64,000 nt of DNA from Lama guanicoe. Its lineage: Eukaryota. Made by a program: the position numbers and the translations under genes. Within the stretch, counting starts at the first letter, position 1. The number at the start of each line of letters is the position of its first letter. Of this stretch, positions 26,150 to 38,364 are shown in pieces. The stretch lies in assembly GCA_013239625.1 (NCBI GenBank), contig MU053881.1:4113957-4177956 (forward strand). The letters are read 5' to 3'. The notes under the pieces are model-generated. The model did not search any database, was not told the origin of the DNA, and was given only the letters and a program-made list of their open reading frames with translations.

Positions 26150-26840
26150 GTGGTGAGCAGGATGGAAGGAGGGAGAAACATGGAACGATCTCCATATGAT
26201 CCCAGCTCAGAGGGCATTTGAGACTGTGGGCGCTGTGAAGGGCCAGCTTGTGGGGACTGAGTGAGTGCGAGGGGAGGGAGGTCGATGGGAGGCATGGGGG
26301 GTGGCTAGGAACCAGGGTTCACACTGCAATGGCTTTTGATGTCAGGGTAAGGAGACTGGATTTCATCCTGAGCCACTGAGAGACTGTAGACAGGGATGTG
26401 ACAGGGTCCGGTGGGAAGAGGGGTTGGGGGGAGAAAGTAAAGGAGGAAGGTGGTGAGGTGGCATCTCAGGCAGGAGTGAGGACCTGCGCTCAGGTTCTGG
26501 CAAAGGCAGGGGCTGACCCAAGTAACACTTAGGAAGTGAAAGGCTCAGAGCCTAGCAGCCGATCAGATGGTCACTGAGATAAAGGAGAGTGTCTGCAGTG
26601 GCCTCCAGGCTTCATTCTAGAAAGCCGAGTAGTCGGTGAAGTCATCACCCCGTTTAAAGGACGTGGGACATAAATCCTATTTGGGGGAAACACAATGAAG
26701 GTTTGGGGGGACATGCTGACTATGAGAGGTCTGCAAGGACATTCCGTTAGCAAGGATCAATCAGAAGAGAGATGTACAGGTGTGAATTTCAGTAGAACGA
26801 TCTGGGCTGGAAATAGACGTTTAGAAGTTATTGGCATAGA
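26150..26840 (-). mobile_element. LINE-2 fragment
   Basis: Purine-rich degenerate L2-like text (gtaaggagactggatttcatcctga…gagaggtctgca…ggacattcc…tctgggctggaaatagac). Recognised by eye. Confidence 0.6.
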
Positions 26841-27959
26841 TACATTCATTCATCAGTTCGGCCATCCATCCAGGAGTTCACTAACAAGTAATCCAGTGAT
26901 AAAAATGGACTGTAATAATTCTGTGACACAGGGATAGACAGGAATTGGCAGGGGTGGGGGGGACTGCCATGGAGAATCCTACCCAGTTTAGGGAGATCGG
27001 GAAAAAGTGGCACCTGAACTGAGTCCTGAAGGGTGAAAAGAATGTAATCAAGCCTGGGAACAAGAGGGGCTGGGAGGATAATCCCTGACCAGCCAAGGCC
27101 CTCGTGGTGACAACTTCATGCTGCGGAAGGGTGTCATGGAGCCTTCAATAGGACCAGCAATCTCTGTCACTCTCAGCAGCTAAGTGAGGGGCCGAGGGAG
27201 CACGGAGAGCTGTGTAGGGAGATTATTTGGCTCCAACAGGGCTCAGTAAGAAAGGTGATGTGATGATTCACAGTCTGCCGTGGGTGCAGATAGGAGCAGT
27301 TAGGGGGGTGTGGCCAGTTACTTACAATGCAAGCGTGACAGCTGTTACTCAAATCTGCCTTTTCTTGCAGCCCCATGGATTCATGTTGGGGTCCCAGTAG
27401 AGTGTGGAGGAGGTAAAGGTGCTGTCAATATAATAAGAGAACAAAAGAGCTGTTTGGTTAAAACTCTGTGGGACGCAGGAAGCACTGGCAGTCCAGCAAT
27501 GGGCCTCTCATGACAGAAGGAAATGCAAAGGAAGAGGACATCCTCTCCTTTTACTCCACCAGATCCCGAGAAAACTGGGAGCCACAGGACTCTAGGGCAC
27601 CAATGGCACTGCCCATCCGAGTCTGAGCATTCATGGAGTTCAGCGGAGAGCTGAGCCCAGCAGGTTCAAATCTGTTCTCCAGCACATACGAGAGTCCACC
27701 TGGGCTGGGGTGGGGGCGGCCTTCACAAAAGGGTGGGATCCTCTACGAGCCGAGGGAGACAGGTGCCTATGACATTTAAGGTATTATTGTTATTAAGACA
27801 TCATCACGGCCCCCGTGGTGAGGCTTGAGACACTCAGCTTAAACGCCACACAATGCATTGACCCCTTCAAAAATGTCAGCCTTCAGAAAATGAGTGACTT
27901 CATATATGAGTCTTTACAGTGAAACACAAAGCAAGATGGCATCCTCAGCAACACAAAGT

Positions 27960-29330
27960 CCATGACTCAAAACGTGTCTCCAGTGATGTCAGAAATTCTA
28001 AATGTCAAAGAAAGGCATTCATCTGAAATGACTTTACATGCATACAAGAGAGGAACCAATAGGTAAGTGTACTGTAAATAACAGAGTCATCTTTCTCACT
28101 GTCAGAGAAAGAAGTTGCAATCAAGGAAAGAGAGAATGCTAGAATAAACCCTTTGGTTTTGCAATGGAGGTTATCAAAATGAACTTACGTTTGTTTGATT
28201 TTGAGATAGATTGATAGATAGATAATAGGTAGATGATAGATAGATAGATAATAGATAGATGATAGATGGATAGATAGATAATAGATAGATAAGGAGACAG
28301 ATGGATGGAGAGTGAGAGAGGGGTGTGTGTGTGCCTACACGGGCATCCACACATCCATAATTTCCTAACTCTGTCCACTGAGAGGACCTAGAAGCAATGA
28401 CACTCCTCTAACAAATGAGCACCACCAATTTCCGGATCTTATTTCTAAATACCATTCCTCAACAAAAAAGAATCAGGGCTCCTCGGAGACATGGCTGATT
28501 CCAGAACTGGGAAAGAGAGAACACAAGATGGGCCCGGAGCATCTTGCAGTGCAAGAAAATAAGAAAGCACTGAAAATAAAAGTGGGATGTGTCAAAAGGA
28601 CACAGGAACCAACCTGAAAGAGCTTCTGAGGACAAAAGCTGAGACAACAAAATACAGTATTTGATTATAACCCAAAGAATAAATAAATATCCACGAGTCC
28701 ACAGTAATATAAATGAATGATTGAATAAATACATAAATGGGGACAAGAAATAACTCTTCCTTTTAGAAGAATTCTAATAAATAAATGTAGCAGGAATAGA
28801 GGAAACAGAAAATTACTATTCGAACACGACAGTAGTAATTACTGCAGGCCAAGAGCCTCTGATGGATGCTAAAATCAGCGTGAGAAGGTTTAAGGAGAAA
28901 CAGGATGCTTCTACATCATGAAAGTACCTTCCCCCAAATTTTTACTAATTGCAGAGGGAAGAAGAGTAACATTTACAGTGAAGAAACCTGGAAAATATCA
29001 CCTAGATTGAGGGGTCGAGGTTAACATCACTAGAAATACGCTTAATATCACTTCCTCCCTGACGTGATGCTCCAAAAACAGCATTTCACCTCAGATTGCC
29101 CCAAATCATATCGTCAGTGTAACTATGGGAAAACATCAGACAAACCCCAAATTGAGGGGCAGTCTACAGAACACCCAGCCAGCAGTCTTCAAAGTGTCAA
29201 GGTCATGAAAGACAAGACTGAGGAACTGTCACACATTGGAGGAGATTAAGGAGACGATTAAATGTAATGTGAGACCCTGGAAGGATTCTAGCGGAAAACT
29301 GGTGAAATCTGAAGAACACTCGGAATTCAG
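27960..29330 (+). mobile_element. Ancient LINE-1 3' region (L1MC/L1MD-like)
   Basis: Characteristic segment aaataccattcc…aatcagggctcctcggagacatggctgattccag…acaagatg…catcttg, with an embedded GATA repeat. Confidence 0.75.
28203..28272. repeat. (GATA)n microsatellite
   Basis: Degenerate agat/gata tandem array. Confidence 0.95.
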
Positions 29331-29372
29331 ACGTTTCTTTTTTTTTTTTTCATGCCTAGAAAGCAGTTTGAT

Positions 29373-29703
29373 NNNNNNNNNNNNNNNNNNNNNNNNNNNN
29401 NNNNNNNNNNNNNNNNNNNNNNNNNNNNNNNNNNNNNNNNNNNNNNNNNNNNNNNNNNNNNNNNNNNNNNNNNNNNNNNNNNNNNNNNNNNNNNNNNNNN
29501 NNNNNNNNNNNNNNNNNNNNNNNNNNNNNNNNNNNNNNNNNNNNNNNNNNNNNNNNNNNNNNNNNNNNNNNNNNNNNNNNNNNNNNNNNNNNNNNNNNNN
29601 NNNNNNNNNNNNNNNNNNNNNNNNNNNNNNNNNNNNNNNNNNNNNNNNNNNNNNNNNNNNNNNNNNNNNNNNNNNNNNNNNNNNNNNNNNNNNNNNNNNN
29701 NNN
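29373..29703. other. Assembly gap (331 N)
   Basis: Run of N. Confidence 1.
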
Positions 29704-30578
29704 TTTTTTTTTTTTTCATGCATAGAAAGCAGTTTGATCAAAATTGTTTCCAGAAATGTGATGGAGACCTCAAAGCACCACTTTAATGTTATCATTAAAA
29801 ATGATATATTTGTGTAACTAAGTTTCGCAGATGAAAGCTGTTAGTAACAGAGGAAGATGGGGTGCGCGTGGCTCTGCGCTGGGGCGTGGGCTGCGATGAA
29901 GTTCCGGGGCTCTGGAAGGAAAGGGGCGTGTCCATGGGCTTCCTAAAGGCAGGTGGGAGGTAACTGGCTTCTGTACTAAGGGCACTTCGCAGCCACTGCC
30001 CTATGAGGGTTAATATTTAATTAACAAATAATTCCACTTTACGAATAAGGAAGCGGAACCTGAGTGAGACTTCTTCGAGATACAGTAGCCACAATCTGTT
30101 GAGCACCTGCTATAGGTAAACCTTAAAATATTACTTCTTTGCAAAATTACCCCCTATTGAGAGGTGGGGAAGCTGAAGCTTAGAGAGAGGAAGGCAGTTT
30201 GGCCAAGGCTGCAGAGGCGGGAGGAGCAGAGCCTGGGAGCCACGCTCCCCCCCAGGGGCTGTCCCGCCCTCTGCCAGGGTCCCCACCCCACACCCGGCCC
30301 AAACCCAGTGCAGTGCTCACCGGGGACCGCGAACTGAAGCATAAATTACAGCAAGTCAGTCCATTTCCTTGGAAGGAGACAGAGAGGCAGACACAGACAA
30401 GGACAGATCAAGAGGGGGGAGGGCAGGGGCCGTGTCCAGAAAGGGACGTGGCCATCTCAGAGGGCAACTTGAAACCATGAACCCTGGGTCTGGCTTCTGA
30501 GAAACACATCATTTCCAACAAAAGAGCAGAGTCAGATAAACACCCCCGCTGTGCCAGACTGAGTCTGATGGCATTGGT

Positions 30579-30592
30579 GTTGCCATGGAAAC
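30579..30592. promoter_or_regulatory. Candidate RFX X-box
   Basis: GTTGCCATGGAAAC matches GTTGCCATGGNAAC. Confidence 0.5.
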
Positions 30593-32124
30593 CAGCCCTT
30601 TTCCCTCAATGGTTCAGGAGCGCTATTTTTCTAAAGAGATGGTGTTGTGTGCTTCTTGGAAAAATTATCCAGGATCTATTTCTTATTCTTCCTCCGCATG
30701 AGTCCTCCCTGGGATCAGAGCACATCGGAGGGGTGGGGTGGGGGATAAAGTGATTGACAGTGGTTCCAACAAGGGTCTCTCAATTTTCCAGAAAAACATC
30801 CTCGGACCTGACTGATGTCAGGATTACCCCGGGCGCCATCCCTGCCTCTCCCCACAGCCTGGACCGCTAGCCCCAGGGCAGTGTCGGCAGCTCCCTGTGC
30901 CTGTTTAATCTTTGCATCCAGCGCTGGCCCCGGGGAGACATCCGAGGGGCACTGGTGAAGGGCAGCCCTGGGCTGTCTCTCCTCCGCCCCTTTGTGATGC
31001 TCGTCCCATGGCCTGAGAGGATGGCTCTCTCGTGCCTTCTCTCCACCTCCTGAATTCTTTCTGTCAAAATGCAACCAGTCCTTCAAGGCCCAGTTCTAAG
31101 TCCAGTTCCTCTCAGAGCCCAGGGCTGACACCCGGCTGACCCGCTCTTCCCTCCTGAGAACCGCCTCCCTCCTCTCCTGTGCACCTGCCATCCTGCCTCC
31201 CCCACCATAGACTGAGCATCTTGAGAGAGGTTCCCACTGTTGGTGGGCAGAGTAAAAAGTGTGCAAAAGCCACAAACAGAGCTTATTCTACGAACCAAGG
31301 TGCTGTTTTTGTCCTCATTTCGTGGCGCCCCTGGCTCTCTGTCATCCAGCAGTGCCCTGTGAAACCCCATCCTTCAAACCCAAAGCTGCTGTTCGCTGAC
31401 CAAACTCCCTCTGGTTAAACTCTTCTAGAACCAACCTCCCGACTCCCTGGATGTTCGAGAGAGTAGGCAGGCATCCTTCCTTTTTCTGATGAGAAAATTC
31501 TGACTCTGCCAGGAATAGCATGTGGCCTCAGGGTCACCCTGGAAAAACAGAAATATTTGTCCCCATGTCCTGTCCCTGATGGGCTCCCTTCCTGACAGTG
31601 ACCCTCCCAGAGCCTGCTCACTCCAGAGGAAAGATAGCTTCGGTTTATTTTTTGAGGCAATGGAGTGGCAAATCCATTTATGACAGAATGTTTGAACATA
31701 TGTTCATTAAATCTTTAGCTGACTTTGTATAATTGAGAAAAATAGTGGGTGTTTACGCGTTGGGCGTACGGATCAGCCCGCCTCTGCGGGTGGGAGGCCG
31801 GCCCAGATCCCAGCCCAGATCCCGGCCCCGCCTCTGCCGCTCAGTGGGCCCTGAACGGAGGCTGGAGTCTAAGGCCTTACAGGGGTCCGTGTGTGCTCAG
31901 CAGCCCCAAAGGGCAGGAACTGGTCCACCGTCCTTCCTCCTTCCCGCCAGTTTTCTGGGAACGGCCACCACCCCCAGGGCAGCCATGAGCCTGGGGCCTC
32001 AGCCTCCAGCTCTGCCCAAAGGCCATCCTGGCCCTTCCCTTAACTGCCTGCCATCTGAGTTTGAGAAGAGCTTTGAACACAAACTAGAAACTCGCAAGCA
32101 GAAGGCAGAGATGAGCGGTTACAG

Positions 32125-32395
32125 CGGACCGGCACGGTGGTTGAGATGCTGGTCCTGAAACGTGTGGGTTGAAATCATGGCCCGGCTGCGTCCTAACTGC
32201 ACTGTCTTGTGTGGAGGTGTCGCACTGCTCCGAGCCTCCGTTTCCTCTTCTCAAAATGGGGGTGATGACGATGTGACGACAGTGATGCTGATGACGGGGG
32301 TGCCGACCTCACGGAGCTGGTGGGAGGGTTACGTGAACCAGGGCGCACCAAGCGCTCAGTACGCTGCACGCAGCAAGGGGCATTTGAGTGTTTGC
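32125..32395 (+). mobile_element. MIR SINE (near full length, GC-shifted)
   Basis: gcacggtggttgaga…gggttgaaatc…ctccgagcctccgtttcctc…aaaatgggg…acctcacggagctggtgggagg…aagcgctcag. Confidence 0.75.
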
Positions 32396-33178
32396 TCCCC
32401 TCAACATCAACCGCTGGTACTGAGTTCAGGCTGAGGATAGAAGCCAGTTCGCTTTTACAGCTGTGATTTCACTTTCTGAGGAATGAACCTTGACAACGTT
32501 GCTCAGGGTCCTATGGAAGCATTTGAGGGCGACAAGGCAGCACACACACCTGGGTTCAGTTCCTCTGCTATAGTCTTAGGGCATCTCCCCATCCCTCTGA
32601 GCCTCAGTCTTCTTATCTGTCAAATGGGGATAAATAATTCCTATCTGCTAAGGTCAGAATATGCCTTCAATGAGCTTATTATGTGAAGGGCCCCACTCAT
32701 CTCTCATCATCTTCCTCCTCCTGCTGTTGGCTAACGGCCAAATGTATTCTGTCAATGGCAGCCTCAGACTCTTCTTCTGCCAAGGTCTGTTTCCATGTCT
32801 GACTCCACCTCCAGGCTTCAGGGAGTGACTGTGTGTCATTCATGGCTGAATGCCCCGTGCCCAGCACAGCCTGGCCCCCAGTAGGTGCCCAGCATATGCT
32901 CATGGGATGAAGGATGTTGGGATGCAAGACAAATAGCCAGGTGCCTCTCTTGGTCCTTGCCTCTGACCTCAGCATCATTTCAGGCCCCACTGGCTGAGGA
33001 TGGAGTTTCCCCCACAGCCCAGTACCAGCCCCAGCCTAACAGGACACTCTGCCCCCAGCGCTCACCCTGTCTTTGGGGACCGCCACCCTCCAGCATCTCC
33101 CCCCTTCCACCCAAGCTCATTAAGCAGAAGATAAGAGAAAATTGCAAGGGAGGGTCAAGGCTCTCAGACACATCTATC

Positions 33179-35435
33179 TTTATTTGTTTCCTGTCAGAAA
33201 AGTTCAAGAATTACACCAAAAAATATTTCAGCCTCTGCTACCTACTGACAAAAATACACCACGAAATTAGAAAGCGCTCAGCAGTTTTGCTAGGGACAAT
33301 TTGTTATTCCGCTTGGGATGACAAATGAATTTACAGGTGACTCGAGGTGACTGGAGGGTGGGGCGGGGGAGGGAGGAGAAGTCAGATGATTGCTTTTAGC
33401 AGAACAGTTTGAGCTATGCTAGCCTTATTACCCAGCTGCTGTGTGCGATGATGTCAGCAACATAGCAAGCCACGGAAAAAATGCCCTTTGAATGGCCTGT
33501 TCCGGCTTCGCGAGGAAGCAGTACCATATCTCAAATAGTCAGTCAACTCTCCCAGCAAGCTCTGGCCCTGCTGAGCCCGGGGCCGATGCCCCACGGGGTG
33601 GGCCTCCCCAAAATGTTTTCGGGAGGGCGGCGTGGGAGTGCCTGATGTGGGTCCAGGCCAGTGGGAGGCCTGGGCAATGCCCGATGCCGCCTCCTGGTCA
33701 GGTGCTCCTAGAACCAGACTGGGGTGTCCCCTGTCAACACGATGCAGTGGGCAGAGGACAGCCACAGTCCTCAGTTTCCTTTAGAAATGACTCACATTGT
33801 TGCGACCCCGATCTAAAGCCCTCCCTGGCTGTCACCGGAGGTTCCCGGTCATGGCCTTACTCTCCATCCTGGTGTCATCAGCGCTCTGGGAAACAGCAAA
33901 TAGACGAAATTTTAAAAGTTGGGTGCCCGTGCTTATAGCCGGGCCAAACATCACAGGCCTGTGCTGTGCCCCCCTTCTTCCTGCGGCCTTTCCTTCCTTC
34001 CCTCTCTACCCCTGCCGTCTCCTAACCGTAGGCAGTTCCCAGGCGTAGGGCTAGAAGCACACGGAAAAAAGGCAAGCCTGCCCGCTGCGCGATGTTTGCT
34101 AAGAATGCACATCCCCGGGCCCCGTGCGTCAGCCCCGGCCCAGCTCTGACGCCCAGGCGGACAGGTGTGGGCTAACCTTGCACGACACACCGTGGTGGGG
34201 GCTCTGCACTCTGGGTGGTTTGCATCCTGGGCTGACAGACGCCAAAACCAGTCCTCTCCGACTCGGCAGCGCCTACCTTCCGGTGCGCCTCCCCTGCAGA
34301 CCCAGGGCCCGGCGAGCAGCCCGGCCCGCATCGCTCACCAGTTCTGTCCCGTCCGAAGCCCACACCGCAGCTACCGTTTCTCATCCGAGAAGCCAAGCCC
34401 GGAGAGCGTCTGTGGCCTTAACCTCCCTTCAACATCTTCCAGATGCGGCCAGTCTAACCCTTTGTTTCTTTCCTTTTCTGTTTTTAGATTTTCCTAACAA
34501 ATGAAAAGCAGTGGCTTTGAAAATATCTTACATGGGAACAGTCAACACGAAACATGCCTTTGTACATGAGCCTGACTCGGGGACGGATCAACAATACCAA
34601 AGGACGAAAAGAAATACCGATTCGGACAACTCCAGTGCGCAATATTTTCGAAGAGCTCCCCCCCAGNNNNNNNNNNNNNNNNNNNNNNNNNNNNNNNNNN
34701 NNNNNNNNNNNNNNNNNNNNNNNNNNNNNNNNNNNNNNNNNNNNNNNNNNNNNNNNNNNNNNNNNNNNNNNNNNNNNNNNNNNNNNNNNNNNNNNNNNNN
34801 NNNNNNNNNNNNNNNNNNNNNNNNNNNNNNNNNNNNNNNNNNNNNNNNNNNNNNNNNNNNNNNNNNNNNNNNNNNNNNNNNNNNNNNNNNNNNNNNNNNN
34901 NNNNNNNNNNNNNNNNNNNNNNNNNNNNNNNNNNNNNNNNNNNNNNNNNNNNNNNNNNNNNNNNNNNNNNNNNNNNNNNNNNNNNNNNNNNNNNNNNNNN
35001 NNNNNNNNNNNNNNNNNNNNNNNNNNNNNNNNNNNNNNNNNNNNNNNNNNNNNNNNNNNNNNNNNNNNNNNNNNNNNNNNNNNNNNNNNNNNNNNNNNNN
35101 NNNNNNNNNNNNNNNNNNNNNNNNNNNNNNNNNNNNNNNNNNNNNNNNNNNNNNNNNNNNNNNNNNNNNNNNNNNNNNNNNNNNNNNNNNNNNNNNNNNN
35201 NNNNNNNNNNNNNNNNNNNNNNNNNNNNNNNNNNNNNNNNNNNNNNNNNNNNNNNNNNNNNNNNNNNNNNNNNNNNNNNNNNNNNNNNNNNNNNNNNNNN
35301 NNNNNNNNNCGCCCCCGGCCCCGCCCCCGCCCCCAAATCCCAGGAGTACAGTGTTGTCTTGTAACTGGAGCTTGGCTTAGCCAGCGGGGGTCCCCCTCTT
35401 CGCCCCCCACCCCGCTTCTGGCTGGGGGTGGGCCT
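33179..35435 (-). other. NSG2: NSG2 3'UTR (distal end uncertain; interrupted by N-gap)
   Basis: Repeat-free, CpG/GC-rich sequence following the stop codon. The first canonical minus-strand AATAAA I see past the gap is at 33184-33179; the true poly(A) site may be more proximal. Confidence 0.55.
34667..35309. other. Assembly gap (643 N) downstream of the NSG2 stop codon
   Basis: Run of N flanked by C-tracts on both sides. Confidence 1.
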
Positions 35436-35648
<213 letters not shown>

Positions 35649-35829
35649 TCAGCCGGAGCTCAGTGGACAGCTTCCAACCAGCCCTGCAACCCAGCCACCC
35701 CACCTGGGGGGACCTAGCCACACGGGGCTGTCACCCAGAGGGCAGGTGATGGCACCTGGCACTCAGCAGGCTTTCCCCACCACCACCGCCAGCCCCACCA
35801 TCAAAGCTGCCACCTCCTTGAAGCCAGAA

Positions 35830-36183
35830 GACATAAACTTGATGTGACTAGAATGATGGTTCCCAGGGGCAGACAGTGAGGGTGGGAGAAATGAGTGAAG
35901 GGGTGTCAAAAGGTACAGACTTCCAGTTACAAAATAAACAAGTCAGGGGATGGAAGATACAGCAGGGTGACTAGAGGGACTAAAACTGAGTTGCATATTT
36001 GAAAGTTGCCAAGAGAGTAGATCTTAAAAGTTCTCATCACAAGAAAAAAAATTTGTAACTATGTAGGGTGATGGATGTTAACTAGACTTACGGTGGTGGT
36101 CATTCTGCAATATATACAAATAGCAAATCATTACATTGTACACCTGAAACTAATATAAGGTTATATGTCAGCTATACCTCAAC
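35830..36183 (+). mobile_element. LINE-1 3' end (L1MA-like), antisense in the NSG2 last intron
   Basis: aaaaggtacagacttccagttac…gagagtagatcttaaaagttctcatcac…cattgtacacctgaaactaatata…ctatacctcaa. The tail is expanded into a purine repeat. Confidence 0.88.
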
Positions 36184-36297
36184 AGAAAGGAAAGGAAGGG
36201 AGGGAGGGAGGGAGGAAGGAAGGAAGGAAGGAAAGAAGGAAGGAAAAAAGAAAGGAAGGAAGGAAGGAAGGAAGGAAGGAAGGAAGGAAGGAAGGAA

Positions 36298-36334
<37 letters not shown>

Positions 36335-36460
36335 GGAAAGAAAGGAAGAAAGGGAAAGAAAGGGAAAGAAAGGGAGGGAGGAAGGGAGGGAGGAAGGAAG
36401 GGAGGGAGGGAGGGAGAAAGAAAGAGAAAAAAAGAAAGAAAAAGAAAGAGAAAAAGAAAC
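36184..36460. repeat. Compound polypurine microsatellite (GGAA)n/(GAAA)n/(GGGA)n
   Basis: About 275 bp of essentially pure A/G directly after an L1 3' end. Confidence 0.97.
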
Positions 36461-37394
36461 TGATGCTAATTCTAATTCAAAGTGGACGGCTTCTGCTCAC
36501 TGACGGTGCAGCTACAGCGGACACAGCATTGCGAGGGCTTTACCTGGCTGCTTCACCCACCTCCCAGTTGCTTCTCTGTGCTTGGAGCCAATTTCTATTT
36601 TATTCCCTTAATTTTCTACTTGTAACTCTTTTATATCAAAAGCCTTGGTTCCTAACAACATTGATATAATTGTACATTTGCATTATCCTACCGTATCTAT
36701 CAGCTGGTCACAAAACAACAGCAGTATCATGAGTCACAGTCAGAGGAAATGAACTACACAATTTCTCTGCAGCTCTCTGGGCTCTAAGAATATTTTCTAT
36801 TTTGCTTGTGCAGTGAATACCCTGTGCTCTCTAGTCTTTTGGAATATTTACTTTTTTGGTAAGTTTATGTCCCCAACTTGACATACAGCTAGATTTGAGC
36901 TTGTTCTTAGTTTCAGGAATTACTTTTTATTTATCTATTTAAAACAAAAATATGTCACAGTGGCATACATCCAGGACAGATGTATAGCAAGATATACCAG
37001 AAGGAGACTTTCTCCTCATCCTTGTCCCCTCCTTTCCCTCCCTGACGCTCCCCCGACCCAAGTCACTATTTTTCTTAGTTTCAAAATGTATCCTTCCAGA
37101 ATTTCTTTCTGAAAATATAAGCAAATATCCTTCACTGCCCCTCTTCTCACACAAAGGTCGCACCTTTTCTTCTTCATTATTATCTGGGAGGGGATTCTGC
37201 GTCCATGTCTGGAGACCACCCCCCTCCACTCATTTTCACAGTTGCTGGGAATTTCACCGTGTGGCTACATCATAGTTTATTCCACTGTCCCCCGTTGATA
37301 GCTGTTGACAAGTTTTCAGAACCTCAGCGTCTAACGATGAAGAATGTCGTCTTAGGAAGTCATGTGGCGGAACCAAACGACCTGTGGTTTTAAG

Positions 37395-37612
37395 GCAGAA
37401 CGTCCCCTATTTGAGTCCCTCACTTTGAAAGGTAACAGCTTGTGATGTCTTGGAAAAAGTCTCTTAAGAAAACACTCTTAATCTCTGTTTCCTCAGATAT
37501 AAAATGGGGGCAATAAAAACTATTTTTCAGGGGGTGGACAGCTCAGCTGAGGTACTGTTTATGCAAATGTCTAGGAAAGAGCATGACATACAATGGGTGC
37601 TCAGTAAATGGT
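37395..37612 (+). mobile_element. MIR SINE
   Basis: ctctgtttcctcagatataaaatgggg…gtgctcagtaaatg. Confidence 0.7.
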
Positions 37613-38364
37613 CACGTGTAAGTGTTCGCATCAGCTGTGCTGGCTCTGAATCAGAGTCTGTCTTTATTGCCACTAACACTGACAGCCCTGAGCTAGAGGC
37701 CTTGGCTGGCTGATTTTACTTAAATTCTCTCCTTAGGGCTTCACAAGAATCCTGTGTGCAGACATTATTAGCATCCATTACAGGCAAGAAAACTGAGGTT
37801 CAGAGGTGCGAGGGGATGCTCAGGGGTCATGCAGCCAGTTCAGGGGGAGGAGCACGATCAGAGTGAGGGTCCAGGGGTGGGGAAGGGGCTGGCTGCAGGG
37901 CCGGGGGTGGGGGGACCTGGGAAGCACCACTCCCTGTCTTCAAGTGTCTGCAAGGATGAGGAACCAGCCATCAAACCAGGGAGACCCACACCAAGGCAGA
38001 GCGCTCTGATCATGGGACAGTCTATCTGGAGCGGGAGCGAGCGCTCCCTGACTGCGGATGTGTGGTCCAAAGCCAGCCCACCCCCTGATGCCAGCACTCT
38101 GGTGGGCGCTGTCTGGGAGGAGACCCTCGACAGCCTACTGGAGACCAAGTTCTTCATGCAAGCCTGAAAACACCTTGCCAGACACATTTGACTTTTTTTT
38201 ATTGTAAATTTTTAAATTGCATATCAAAATTTATTTTGAGTATACAACTTCTTAGAACGAAAATAATTTTAGACCGCCACCATCAATTTCTTTTTGGTGT
38301 TACTTATACATTTCTTTATACTGATTTTTTTTACATCATTCAATGGCTTTATTGAGTGCATAAA

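Noticed and set aside
35310..35340. GC-box (Sp1) promoter hidden in the gap
   Set aside because: The position is just downstream of the NSG2 stop, so 3'UTR is the simpler reading. An antisense promoter cannot be excluded but has no support.
36165..36503. 112-aa K/E/R/G-rich ORF
   Set aside because: It is simply the translation of the purine microsatellite.
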